A stretch of DNA of 64,000 bases from an uncultured Chloroflexia bacterium. GTDB taxonomy: Bacteria > Chloroflexota > Limnocylindria > Limnocylindrales > CSP1-4. Both the position numbers and the translations under genes were made by a program. This document shows positions 30,846 through 40,067 of the stretch, in pieces. Where the stretch lies: positions 301,804 to 365,803 of the forward strand of contig CAVTHS010000010.1 in assembly GCA_963734535.1 (NCBI GenBank), in the 5' to 3' direction. The notes under the pieces were generated by a model, which was not told the DNA's origin, did no database searches, and was given only the letters and a program-made list of their open reading frames with translations. The first letter of the stretch is position 1, and the number at the start of each line of letters is the position of its first letter.

Positions 30846-31906
30846 GCGCCCAATTCCTCCAGGCCTGCCGGCGGGAGCCGGTCGATGCGACCCCGGTCTG
30901 GTTCATGCGCCAGGCCGGACGCAGCCTCCCCGAGTACCGGGCCATCCGCGAGCGGGCCAGCCTGCTCGAGATCACGCGGGATGCCGCGCTGTGCGCCGAG
31001 GTGACCCTGCAGCCGGTGCGGCGGCTGGGCGTGGATGCCGCGATCATCTTCGCGGACATCACGTCGCCACTCCCGGGGATGGGCGTGGCGCTCGACATCC
31101 ACGACGGCGTCGGCCCGGTGATCGCGGATCCAGTCCGCTCGATGGCGCAGGTCGACGCGCTCCGGGCGTTCGACGCCCGCGCTTCCGTCGGGCCCATGCT
31201 CGAGGCGATCTCGATCGCGTCCCGGGAGGCGGGCGTCCCGGTGATCGGCTTCGCCGGGGCGCCCTTCACGCTGGCGTCGTACCTGGTCGAGGGCCGGTCC
31301 GCGCGTGACCCGCTTCGTCTCAAGACACTGATGCGGGCGGAGCCGGCGACGTTCGACGCGCTCCTCGCCCGGATCGTCGACATGACGGTCGCGTACCTCG
31401 CCGCGCAGGTCGCGGCCGGGGCGCACGTCGTGCAGCTGTTCGACTCCTGGATCGGGTCGCTCGCGCCCGCCGAATACGACGAGCACGTCGCCCCGCACGT
31501 TCTCCGCCTGTTCGCCGGCCTCGCCGGGCTCGGTGTCCCATCGATCCACTTTGGTGGCGGGGCTTCCGGTCTGCTCGAACGCCTGGCGGCGGCCGGCGGC
31601 GACGTGATTGGCCTCGACTGGCGAGTCGAGCTTGGCGCGGCGTGGGCACGGATCCCGGGACGAGCGATCCAGGGGAACCTCGACCCGTCGGCGCTCCTCG
31701 GGCCATTCGACGTGACGGCCGCCCAGGCACGGCTGATCCTCGAGGCGGCTGCGGGACGGCCGGGGCATGTCTTCAACCTTGGGCATGGCGTGCTGCCCGC
31801 GACCGACCCCGACGACCTCCGTCGGCTGGTCGACCTCGTGCACGAGCACGCGGCCGTCGCCGCCACCGTGCCCGAGGCAGACGCCCGATTCTCGTCCAGG
31901 CCATGA
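30842..31906 (+). CDS. hemE: Uroporphyrinogen decarboxylase (canonical copy)
   Basis: PVWFMRQAGRSLPEY, FADI, PFTLASY, QLFDSW, QGNLDP, FNLGHG. Confidence 0.95.
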   Translation: MSAQFLQACRREPVDATPVWFMRQAGRSLPEYRAIRERASLLEITRDAALCAEVTLQPVRRLGVDAAIIFADITSPLPGMGVALDIHDGVGPVIADPVRSMAQVDALRAFDARASVGPMLEAISIASREAGVPVIGFAGAPFTLASYLVEGRSARDPLRLKTLMRAEPATFDALLARIVDMTVAYLAAQVAAGAHVVQLFDSWIGSLAPAEYDEHVAPHVLRLFAGLAGLGVPSIHFGGGASGLLERLAAAGGDVIGLDWRVELGAAWARIPGRAIQGNLDPSALLGPFDVTAAQARLILEAAAGRPGHVFNLGHGVLPATDPDDLRRLVDLVHEHAAVAATVPEADARFSSRP

Positions 31907-32931
31907 CGGGCCGCACGAGGATGCTCGCTGCCGCCCGCGGCGAGCCTGTCGACCGAACGCCAGTCTGGTTCATGCGCCAGGCGGGCTCCGTGGTGCCGGC
32001 GTACCGACGGATGCGCGAACGTTGGTCCGTGCTGGAGATAGCGCGCACACCAGAGCTGTGCGCGGAAGCCACCTTGGCCGCCGCCGAGACATTCGGGACG
32101 GACGCGGCCGTGATGTTCGCGGACGTGCTCCTCCCGCTGGGCCCGATGGGCGTGGAGTTCGAGCTGACGACCGACGGCCCGGTGATCGCCAATCCCGTCC
32201 GGTCCGCAGCCGACGTGTCCCGCCTCCGGCGCATCGACCCAGAGGCGGACGCCGGCTTCGTCCTCCAGGCGATCCGCCATGTCCGCCGGGCGATGGGTGG
32301 CTCGCGGGCGGTGGTCGGCCTGGCGGGCGGACCCTTCACGCTGGCCGCCTATCTCGTCGAGGGCGGCGCCTCCCGCGACTACGTGAAGACCCGGGCCTTC
32401 ATGCACGCCGACCCGGTCGCCTTCGGCAGTCTGCTTGACCTGCTCGCGGACGTCACGGGTGCCTACCTCGCGGCGCAGTCACGCGCGGGGGCGGACCTCG
32501 TGCAGCTGTTCGACACGCATGCCGGGCAGCTGGACCCCGCGACCTATGCGGCCGTCGTCGCGCCCCGCACCCGGCGCGTCCTCGATGCCGTCCCCTCCGA
32601 GACGCCGACCATCCATTTCGCCATCCATGCTGGGTCGCTCCTGCCCGAGATGGCCGCAGCCGGTGGCGACGTGATCGGCATCGACCACCGCCAGTCGCTG
32701 GCACACGCGCGCACGGTTCTCGGGTCCAACCGCGCGGTCCAGGGAAACCTGGACTCGGCCCGCCTGCTGGCCGGCTGGGAAGCCGTCCGGAGCGGGGCCG
32801 ACGCGATCCTGGCGGCGGCTGGCGATCGCGGTCACATCTTCAACCTGGGCCACGGGGTTGCCCCCGAGACGGATCCCGGCCTTCTCGGCGCCCTCGCGGC
32901 GCACGTGCACGAACGGAGTCAGCGCGCATGA
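31903..32931 (+). CDS. hemE: Second uroporphyrinogen decarboxylase paralogue (divergent)
   Basis: PVWFMRQAGS, FADV, PFTLAAY, QLFDTH, QGNLDS, FNLGHG. Confidence 0.88.
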   Translation: MTGRTRMLAAARGEPVDRTPVWFMRQAGSVVPAYRRMRERWSVLEIARTPELCAEATLAAAETFGTDAAVMFADVLLPLGPMGVEFELTTDGPVIANPVRSAADVSRLRRIDPEADAGFVLQAIRHVRRAMGGSRAVVGLAGGPFTLAAYLVEGGASRDYVKTRAFMHADPVAFGSLLDLLADVTGAYLAAQSRAGADLVQLFDTHAGQLDPATYAAVVAPRTRRVLDAVPSETPTIHFAIHAGSLLPEMAAAGGDVIGIDHRQSLAHARTVLGSNRAVQGNLDSARLLAGWEAVRSGADAILAAAGDRGHIFNLGHGVAPETDPGLLGALAAHVHERSQRA

Positions 32932-33857
32932 GCTTTGGCGTTCTCCTCATGACGTACGGGTCGCCGAGAGACCTGGACGACGTCCCGCGGTACCTTGCCG
33001 CGGTGCGCGGGGGCCGTCCCGCCGACCCGGATCTCGTCACGGAGTTCCGGCGGCGCTACGAGGTGATCGGCGGGTCGCCCCTCGTCGAGATCACCGAGCG
33101 CCAGGCCGCGGCCCTCGAGGCTGCCCTGGGAGGGCGGGCGATCGTGCGGGCCGCAATGCGCTTCTCCGACCCGTCGATCGAGACGGCACTTGCGACGCTC
33201 GCTGCGCTCGGGGTCGCCGACGTCGCAGCGATCGTCATGTCTCCGCAGTACAGCCCCCTCCTGATGGGCGGGTATGGGCGTGCCATCGATGCGGCGGTGG
33301 CGAGCCTCGGCACTGGCGCGCCGTGCGTGCGCGTGGCCGGGGCGTGGCACCTCGAGCCCGGCTTCGTCGGCGCGCTCGCAGAGCGCGTCACCGAAGCGCT
33401 CAACCGCGTCCCTGCCGCCGCGCGCAAGACCATCCCGGTCCTTCTTACTGCGCACAGCCTCCCGCGTCGCGTGGCGGAGCAGGAGCCCGACTATCTCGGG
33501 CAGCTGGCCGCGACCGCGGGCGCAATCGCGGACGCTGCAGGTCTTGCCGCCGACCGTTGGCGGTTCTGCTGGCAGAGCGCGGGCCACGAGCCCGGCGAGT
33601 GGATGTCGCCCGACTTTGCTGACCTCATGCCGCTGCTGGCGGCCGAGGGACACCGGCGCGTCCTCGTGGCCCCCATCCAATTCCTGGCGGACCACCTTGA
33701 GATCCTCTACGACGTGGCGATCGGGGCCCGCGAGCAGGCCGAGGCCGCGGGCCTGGAGTTCGACCGCATTGAGTCCCTGAACGTCGCGCCTCCTTTTGTC
33801 GGGGCCCTCGCGGCCGTCGCCGAGAGGACCCTCGCCCGGGTCGATTCGGGCGCCTGA
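32928..33857 (+). CDS. hemH: Coproporphyrin ferrochelatase
   Basis: LLMTYGSP, RYEVIGGSPL, SPQYS, TAHSLP, WQSAG, FLADHLEILYD. Confidence 0.94.
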   Translation: MSFGVLLMTYGSPRDLDDVPRYLAAVRGGRPADPDLVTEFRRRYEVIGGSPLVEITERQAAALEAALGGRAIVRAAMRFSDPSIETALATLAALGVADVAAIVMSPQYSPLLMGGYGRAIDAAVASLGTGAPCVRVAGAWHLEPGFVGALAERVTEALNRVPAAARKTIPVLLTAHSLPRRVAEQEPDYLGQLAATAGAIADAAGLAADRWRFCWQSAGHEPGEWMSPDFADLMPLLAAEGHRRVLVAPIQFLADHLEILYDVAIGAREQAEAAGLEFDRIESLNVAPPFVGALAAVAERTLARVDSGA

Positions 33858-33939
33858 TCGAGTCGCCGACCGGCGTGTTGGGCAGCACCTGGAGGACGAC
33901 ATCGCGATCTTCGGGTCGTGTCTCCCGGACCACGGTGGA

Positions 33940-34518
33940 TCAGATGTGCTGCGCCCCCATCGACCCGGTCGCGTCGACCGCGGGTCCCGTGGCGCCCTCG
34001 CCCCAGGCCGGATCGGCGATCCGCTCTCCGGCCCGCTCCGCGTCGACCCGACGGACCCGGAGCGCCTGGTCGACGCGGAGCAGACGGAAGCCCTGCTGGT
34101 CGCCGCCCGTGAACCGGGCCGCAACCGCGTGCATCGGGACCAGTTCGGGCCGGTCGACCCCGTAGACCCGCCCCTCGTGCACGATGGTGGCGGACCCGCT
34201 CGCCAGCACGTTCTGGAGCCAGTTCGTGCGTGACCCGTACACGAGCGCGATCAGGAATCCGTCGTCGGCGGCCACGACCCCGACGGGCGTTTCGTACGCT
34301 CGACCCGAGGTCCGGCCGCGATGTCGGATCACGGACGCGTAGGCTCCGGGCGTGCCCGCCGATCGCATCTGCTTCGGGTTTATGATCGCGCGCTGGAGCC
34401 GGATGAGGGGGCTGAGAACGAGCGAGGACTTCGCCCTCATCCCCAGCACGAACACGACCGCGATCACCAGGAGTCCCATGGCGAGGGCGCCCGCGAAGGT
34501 CGCCATTTGCATCAACAT
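33940..34518 (-). CDS. Deazaflavin (F420)-dependent nitroreductase family protein
   Basis: HRGRTSGRAYETPV, ALVYGSRTNWLQNVLASG; N-terminal TM helix. Confidence 0.82.
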   Translation of the reverse strand: MLMQMATFAGALAMGLLVIAVVFVLGMRAKSSLVLSPLIRLQRAIINPKQMRSAGTPGAYASVIRHRGRTSGRAYETPVGVVAADDGFLIALVYGSRTNWLQNVLASGSATIVHEGRVYGVDRPELVPMHAVAARFTGGDQQGFRLLRVDQALRVRRVDAERAGERIADPAWGEGATGPAVDATGSMGAQHI

Positions 34519-34544
34519 CGGTTGCTTCCTCAATCCGTCGCGGC

Positions 34545-34594
34545 TACACTGTAAGCCTACGGCGTATGCTATGACTACGCCGTAAGCCTGTCAA
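34545..34594. promoter_or_regulatory. TetR operator triplet overlapping a sigma-70 promoter
   Basis: TACACTGTA (34545), TACGGCGTA (34558), TACGCCGTA (34576); minus-strand TTGACA-N17-TAGCAT (34594-34566). Confidence 0.75.
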
Positions 34595-34608
34595 GAGGTG
34601 GGATTCGG

Positions 34609-35292
34609 ATGACGAAGCCGCTGACGCCGTCCGCTCGAACCGCGGCTCGCCGGAGACCGCTCAGCCGGGACCGCGTCCTCCGGGCGGCCATCCGGCTGGC
34701 GGACGAGGGCGGCCTCGGTTCCGTCTCGATGCGCAAGCTCGGCCAGGTGCTGCGGGTCGAGGCGATGTCCCTCTACAAGCACGTGGCCAACAAGGACGAC
34801 ATCCTCGACGGCATCGCCGATCTCGTCGTGGGCGACTTCGAGGTGCCGTCCCGGGCCGTCGACTGGAAGATGGCCGTCCGCAGGAGTGCGATCTCGGCCC
34901 ACCAGGCCCTTCTGCTCCACCCGTGGGCCAGCAGCCTCATCGAGTCCCGGCTCTCCACCGGTCCAGCGAGGCTGCGCTACCTGGACGCCATGATCGGCAT
35001 CCTCTCCGCCGAGGGATTCGCGCTGCCGGTGGTTGTTCGCGCGATCATGGCGCTGGACAGCCACACCTACGGCTTCGTGCTCCAGGAGATGGCCTGGCCG
35101 TTCGAGACCGAGAACGCTCCGGCGATGGCGGCGACCTTCGCCCGGGGTCTTCCCGCGGGCGAGTATCCGAACCTCCTCGCGATGGCCGAGATGGCGGCGA
35201 CGACTCATGGCGGCGCCATGGTCGACTTCGAGTTCGGGCTGGATCTCATCCTCGACGGCCTCGAGCGGCTCCGGGACACCGCCGGACACTGA
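34609..35292 (+). CDS. TetR family regulator (TetR_C type)
   Basis: LSRDRVLRAAIRLAD...SMRKLGQVLRVEAMSLYKHVANKDD; C-terminal FEFGLDLILDGL. Confidence 0.95.
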   Translation: MTKPLTPSARTAARRRPLSRDRVLRAAIRLADEGGLGSVSMRKLGQVLRVEAMSLYKHVANKDDILDGIADLVVGDFEVPSRAVDWKMAVRRSAISAHQALLLHPWASSLIESRLSTGPARLRYLDAMIGILSAEGFALPVVVRAIMALDSHTYGFVLQEMAWPFETENAPAMAATFARGLPAGEYPNLLAMAEMAATTHGGAMVDFEFGLDLILDGLERLRDTAGH

Positions 35293-35393
35293 TCCGGGTG
35301 GCGCGACACCCGGCATGGCGAGGCGGCGGGCAGTGCCCGGCCCGACCTCGCGATGTTCCCTTCGGCATGGCGACCGCAAGCGGACGAGATCCC

Positions 35394-35909
35394 TCAGCAA
35401 TCGAAGACGAACCAGCACAGCTCGTTGCGCAGCCGCTGGTCGTCGAGCACCAGGTCCCGAATCTCGTGGGGGAGCCGGGCGCGCTGCCAGAGGCACTCCA
35501 GGCGGCCGGCCTCCACGCGCTCATCGTCAAGCGCAGCCGCCCGCGCCGCCCGGATCGCGTAGGCGGCGGCACCGAGCTCGTGAGCCGCCACATGGCCCAC
35601 CGCCGCGGCCTGGCCGGCAGCGTACGCGGCGTGGCGGGCGGCTCCAACCAGGCCGCTGGCCGCCGCGTTTGCATGGCCAGCCGCCGTGCGGGCCTCCGCC
35701 CAGGTGATCTCACCCCGCGCCCAGGCACGCCCGAGCTCGATCGCGCGTCGGGGACGGTCGTCCTGGGGCCGCGCCTGCTCGAAGTGATGGAGCACGTGCT
35801 GGGCGCAGTCGGCCGCCCACATCGCGAGCAGGTGATGATCGTCGTCCCCGAGGCTCCCGCCGCGACGCACGGTGATGAACCGAGGATCACGGATCCTGGG
35901 GAGGATCAC
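35394..35909 (-). CDS. Imm5-like putative immunity protein
   Basis: LAMWAADCAQHVL...DDRPRRAIE...WARGE...AAYAAGQAAAVGHVAAH...AAAYA...WQ. Confidence 0.8.
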   Translation of the reverse strand: MILPRIRDPRFITVRRGGSLGDDDHHLLAMWAADCAQHVLHHFEQARPQDDRPRRAIELGRAWARGEITWAEARTAAGHANAAASGLVGAARHAAYAAGQAAAVGHVAAHELGAAAYAIRAARAAALDDERVEAGRLECLWQRARLPHEIRDLVLDDQRLRNELCWFVFDC

Positions 35910-35950
35910 AGCCTGCCCAGCCGTGGCAGGCCGCGGGGCATGCTTCAGGT

Positions 35951-36187
35951 TCAGCGGGCCCGGTGCCCGGCGATCCTGCGGGTGCCGATGCGGAGATGGA
36001 GAAGCTGCCTCACCGCGGCCCAGGGGCTCTGCGGGGCGGGGCTCCCGACGCGTCGCGCGCCGGACGGTTCGGTGGAGCGCTCCGGCGAGGCAACCCTCGC
36101 CATCCGCTCGCGGGCCATCTGTGCCCGCTGCTCGTCCTGGTACCGCTTGACCTGCCGGAACGTGTCTTCGGGTGTCATCGGGAACAT
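35951..36187 (-). CDS. Small hypothetical protein
   Basis: 78-aa ORF MFPMTPEDTFRQVKRYQDEQ... with GGAGG SD. Confidence 0.45.
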   Translation of the reverse strand: MFPMTPEDTFRQVKRYQDEQRAQMARERMARVASPERSTEPSGARRVGSPAPQSPWAAVRQLLHLRIGTRRIAGHRAR

Positions 36188-36543
36188 CGTCTCGCCCTCC
36201 ATTCGGCGTCCGTGTCTCTGCGGACATCGTGGGCGTTCGACCGAGAGAAGGGTTATCGAGGCGCGGACAGCCAGCGCGTCGATCTCGAGGCGCCGCCACG
36301 GTGGTCGGGGCGACCATCGGGGTGTCGAATGGGTGACGCCTGTCAACCATGCTTCGCCCGGGGCACGGCGAGGTACGACTTCTGTCACGACGGCACGGGC
36401 TTCATCACACGGGCCGACCTTCGCCGCGCGGCCCGGTCGGGCATCGCCAGCGGTCAGGTCACGGCCACGACGCGCAGCTCGGGAGAGAGCTGGACGACTT
36501 CAGTAGTTGCGGACCTGCCCGGACCCCTCAGGAAGTCGGGGTG

Positions 36544-37392
36544 TCAGCCGTCGTCGTGACGCGTCCACCGGAATGTCCGCAAGCCGATCACGAGCCCGAT
36601 GACGAGCCATGCGACCAGGACGGCCGCGATCGCGCCGTGCTCCCAGGAACCACCCACTTCCATGGTCTCGGCACTGGATGGGAGGAAGACCGAGCGCATG
36701 CCCTGGGCGATCCACTTGAGCGGGAACACCGAGGCGATCTGCTGCATCCAGGCGGGCAGCTTGTCGTACTCGAAGAAGACCCCGGAGATGAACTGGAGGA
36801 TGAGGACGATGGGGTTCACGATCGAGCTTGACGCGCGCCCTGAACGGGGCACGGACGAGAACCCGATCCCGCATACGCAGCCGGTCGCCGTCGCGAGCAC
36901 GAAGACCCATGCGAAGGTCCCCCACGCCGATGCGGTGGACGGCAGCGACACGCCGAACAGCGTCGTGGCGACGGCGAGGAGGATCAGGCTCTGCGCAAGG
37001 CAGGTCACGAGCGCCAGCCCGATCTTGCCGAGGAAGTAGGACGCTGCCGGCATCGGTGTGCCGCGCAGGCGCTTGAGTCCGCCCTCGTCCCGCTCGATGG
37101 CGATCGTGTTCACGATGTTCTCGAAGCTCAGGAGGACCACGCCGGTCGCGATCATGCCGGGCAGGAACCACTGCGCGAAGGAGAAGCCGGGCGCGGGCCC
37201 CACGCTGGCACCATCCTGGCCCATGACAGTCGCGAAGATCCCCAGCATGATCACCGGGTAGGCGAAGGTGACGACCACGGCCCGGCGCTCACGGAAGAAC
37301 AAGCGCAGCTCGAGCGTGACCCGCGCGACACCCAGGTCCACCGCGGAGGGGAGCGTCCGCGAGCGCCGGAGCGGTGCGCCCGTGGCGCTCAA
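36544..37392 (-). CDS. ABC-2 type exporter permease
   Basis: ELRLFFRE, LPGMIA, IAIERDEGGLKRLRGTP, FISGVF, FPLKW; 6 TM. Confidence 0.93.
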   Translation of the reverse strand: MSATGAPLRRSRTLPSAVDLGVARVTLELRLFFRERRAVVVTFAYPVIMLGIFATVMGQDGASVGPAPGFSFAQWFLPGMIATGVVLLSFENIVNTIAIERDEGGLKRLRGTPMPAASYFLGKIGLALVTCLAQSLILLAVATTLFGVSLPSTASAWGTFAWVFVLATATGCVCGIGFSSVPRSGRASSSIVNPIVLILQFISGVFFEYDKLPAWMQQIASVFPLKWIAQGMRSVFLPSSAETMEVGGSWEHGAIAAVLVAWLVIGLVIGLRTFRWTRHDDG

Positions 37393-38321
37393 CGGAGGGT
37401 CCTCGCCAGCTCACGCGCGTCCTGCGGAGCAGGGGCCGCCGGCGCGTCGATCATCGAGAGGTAGACATCCTCGAGACTCGGCCGCAGGACCTCGAGTCCC
37501 GGAACCTCATCCTCCTCGCCAAGACCGAGCTGCGTCCTGAGCTCGCGGACGAACCCGTTGGGCGTGTCGGTTCGCTCCTCGCGATGGCGGACGGGCTCGC
37601 CGTCGAGCGCCGGTTCGGTCCAGCGCACGATGGCACGCCGATCCACCCGGCCACCGAGGTCGGCGGGTGTGTTCAGCGCCAGGACCCGGCCGTCACGCAC
37701 GACGGCAACTCGGTCGGCCAGGTGCTCGGCTTCGTCGAGGTAGTGGGTCGTGAGTAGAATCGTGGTGCCGCCATCGCGCAATCCGGTCAGCAGGTCCCAG
37801 AATGATCGGCGGGCTTCCGGATCGAACCCGGTCGTCGGCTCGTCGAGGAAGAGCAGCTCGGGACGGCCGATGATGCCAAGCGCCACATCGAGGCGCCGAC
37901 GCTGGCCCCCGGAGAGCTGGCGGGTACGGGTCTGAACCTTCTCGGTCAGGCCGACCGCGTCGATCACCTCGTCAGCGTCGCGTGCGTCCGGGTAGTAGCG
38001 GGCGAAGTGATGCACCAGCTCCCCGACGGTTGCCTCGGCCTGATCGTTGGCCGACTGCAAGACGATCCCGATCCGCGAGCGCCAGGCGCGGTCGGCATGC
38101 GCAGGGTCGACTCCCAGCACGCTCACCGAGCCCCCGTCCCGCCTCCGGAACCCCTCGAGGATCTCGACGGTCGTGGTCTTGCCGGCCCCATTCGGGCCGA
38201 GAACGGCGAAGATCTCGCCTCGCTGGACCGACAGGTCGAGCCCGTCAACTGCCCGCTTGTTGCCGTAGCGCTTTTGCAGGCCGTGGACGTCGACGGCGAG
38301 ATCCGGGCTGGTGGTCGGCAT
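37389..38321 (-). CDS. ABC exporter ATP-binding protein
   Basis: GPNGAGKTT, LSGGQRRR, FLDEPTTG, LTTHYLDEAE. Confidence 0.95.
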   Translation of the reverse strand: MPTTSPDLAVDVHGLQKRYGNKRAVDGLDLSVQRGEIFAVLGPNGAGKTTTVEILEGFRRRDGGSVSVLGVDPAHADRAWRSRIGIVLQSANDQAEATVGELVHHFARYYPDARDADEVIDAVGLTEKVQTRTRQLSGGQRRRLDVALGIIGRPELLFLDEPTTGFDPEARRSFWDLLTGLRDGGTTILLTTHYLDEAEHLADRVAVVRDGRVLALNTPADLGGRVDRRAIVRWTEPALDGEPVRHREERTDTPNGFVRELRTQLGLGEEDEVPGLEVLRPSLEDVYLSMIDAPAAPAPQDARELARTLR

Positions 38322-38491
38322 GACGCGATGCTGGCCGGAGCGCCCATGTCCCGCCAGTGACGGATGACCCGGTTCTGCAGCCGGATTGTCCCGCTGTGGC
38401 GAGTGCGTGGCCTGGCCCGGCCACAGGGTCAGGCCGGCCCTGCTTCTCTCACGTGCGGCGGCCGCGTCGCGCCTGCGCCAGACTGGTCGCC

Positions 38492-39019
38492 ATGGACCAT
38501 GCCGACCACGTCAGGTTGCTCCGTGATGGCGTCCATGGAGGTGGGACAACCTGGGCTGACCTCGGGTCCGGTGAGGGGGCGTTCACCCTTGCCCTCGCGG
38601 ACCTCCTCGGACCGATCGGCTCAATCCACTCGGTCGATCGGGACGGTCGCGCCGTCGGGGTCCAGGTGCGGGCGCTCCGTGAGGCGTTCCCGAGCATCGG
38701 CGTCACGCCTGTCGTGGCCGACTTCACGATGCCGCTGAATCTGCCGCCGCTCGACGGGATCGTCATGGCGAACTCGCTCCATTTCGTGCGGGACAAGCTT
38801 GGCGTCCTCGGTCTCGCCCGGGGCTACCTGCGCCCGGCGGGTCGCCTCGTTCTCGTCGAATACGACACTGACCACGGCAACCAGTGGGTCCCCTTCCCGC
38901 TCACGTTCCGGTCCTGGGCGAAGCTGGCAACGGAAGCAGGCTTCCGCGAGACCCGGCTGCTGGCGTCGGTCCCGAGCCGGTTCCTCGGGTCGATCTACTC
39001 GGCGGTGAGCCTGCGCTGA
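38492..39019 (+). CDS. Class I SAM-dependent methyltransferase
   Basis: WADLGSGEG, VVADF, MANSLHF, LRPAGRLVLVEY. Confidence 0.9.
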   Translation: MDHADHVRLLRDGVHGGGTTWADLGSGEGAFTLALADLLGPIGSIHSVDRDGRAVGVQVRALREAFPSIGVTPVVADFTMPLNLPPLDGIVMANSLHFVRDKLGVLGLARGYLRPAGRLVLVEYDTDHGNQWVPFPLTFRSWAKLATEAGFRETRLLASVPSRFLGSIYSAVSLR

Positions 39020-39029
39020 GCGGGTCCGG

Positions 39030-39355
39030 GGCCCTTGGGGGCGCGTCGAGATGTTCGACCGCGCCGTCCGTGACAAGCTCGGCGTCGCCGCGGATCTGGA
39101 CGAATCGCGAGGTGTCGTCCGGGTCGACGATGAGGAGGCTGACCTTCGGATCGGCGAGCACGTTGCGCCCCTTCCGGCGTTGCAGGGTGGTGTTGACCCG
39201 GGCGCACTCGCCGTCGTGGTCGACCCAGACCAGGCTCGACTGCGGCTGGCCGCCGGGGAGCATCGTCGTGAGCACCCCGCAGATCGGGCGGGTGAGAAGG
39301 TCGAGGTGCGAGACCGGGATATGGGGAGCGTCTCGGTCGCCGCGACCGCGGTCAT
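39030..39355 (-). pseudogene. PPOX-class F420-dependent oxidoreductase, 3'-truncated
   Basis: SHLDLL...LTTMLPGGQPQSSLVW...RRKGRNVLADPKVSL...VQIRG; similarity stops after EHLDA at ~39045. Confidence 0.7.
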
Positions 39356-39800
39356 CGCGCCCCTCCCCCTGCCGTCGCATCGAGCGCGACGACCTGCATG
39401 GGCTGGATCCTGCAGAGCACCGGCGTCTCGCGCCCGCGAACTCCGCCGGGATGCACTCCCCGAAGTAGCGCACGGGCCGTCCGGCATATTTCGAGGCCAG
39501 GCCCTCGAGGTGCTCGAGCGCGCCCTCCTCGGTCATCTCGACCACGGTGCCGCGGATCTCGAGATAGCGGAGCGGCTGGCGCGGGCCGTGGCAGAGCAGC
39601 GTCAGCTTCGGCTCGCGCCGCATGTTCCGCTCCTTCGCGAAGCCGCGCATCGTGTTGACCCGGACGAAGGTGCCATCGAAGTCGCACCACACGACCGAGG
39701 TCTGGGGGTACCCGTCGGCCATCACCGTGGTGAGCGCGGCGACACGCGGGCATTGGCGTCCGGTGGGCCGGCGGCGCTGGGATCGCTCCTCCGCCTCCAG
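39352..39800 (-). CDS. PPOX-class F420-dependent oxidoreductase (frameshifted; start uncertain)
   Basis: ALTTVMADGYPQTSVVW...VNT...KERNMRREP...YLEIRG...LASKY; stop overlaps next ATG. Confidence 0.72.
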
Positions 39801-40067
39801 CAGCTCGCACGGGCGACGGCGCATGCGGCCGGGACCTACCAGGACGGGTTCCGCGTCCTGCGGGCCATCGTGCGAGCCGCGCCGATCCTCGACTGATAGC
39901 GCCGGTCGTCGGGCGGCCGCTCGGCCCATTACGCGGCGTCATGACAGGGTTCGCTCTCACGCGCAGATTGGGCTTCATGGCGACCCGCCGAGGTCGTCTG
40001 CATGGCGTGGGACCGGCCGAATGGGCCGCGCCCGGCCGAAGGGACGCGTGAACGCCCTGGGTGGGAT

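Noticed and set aside
38901-39929. Double-PPOX fusion protein
   Set aside because: Stop/start overlap at 39352-39355 shows two genes joined by compensating frameshifts.
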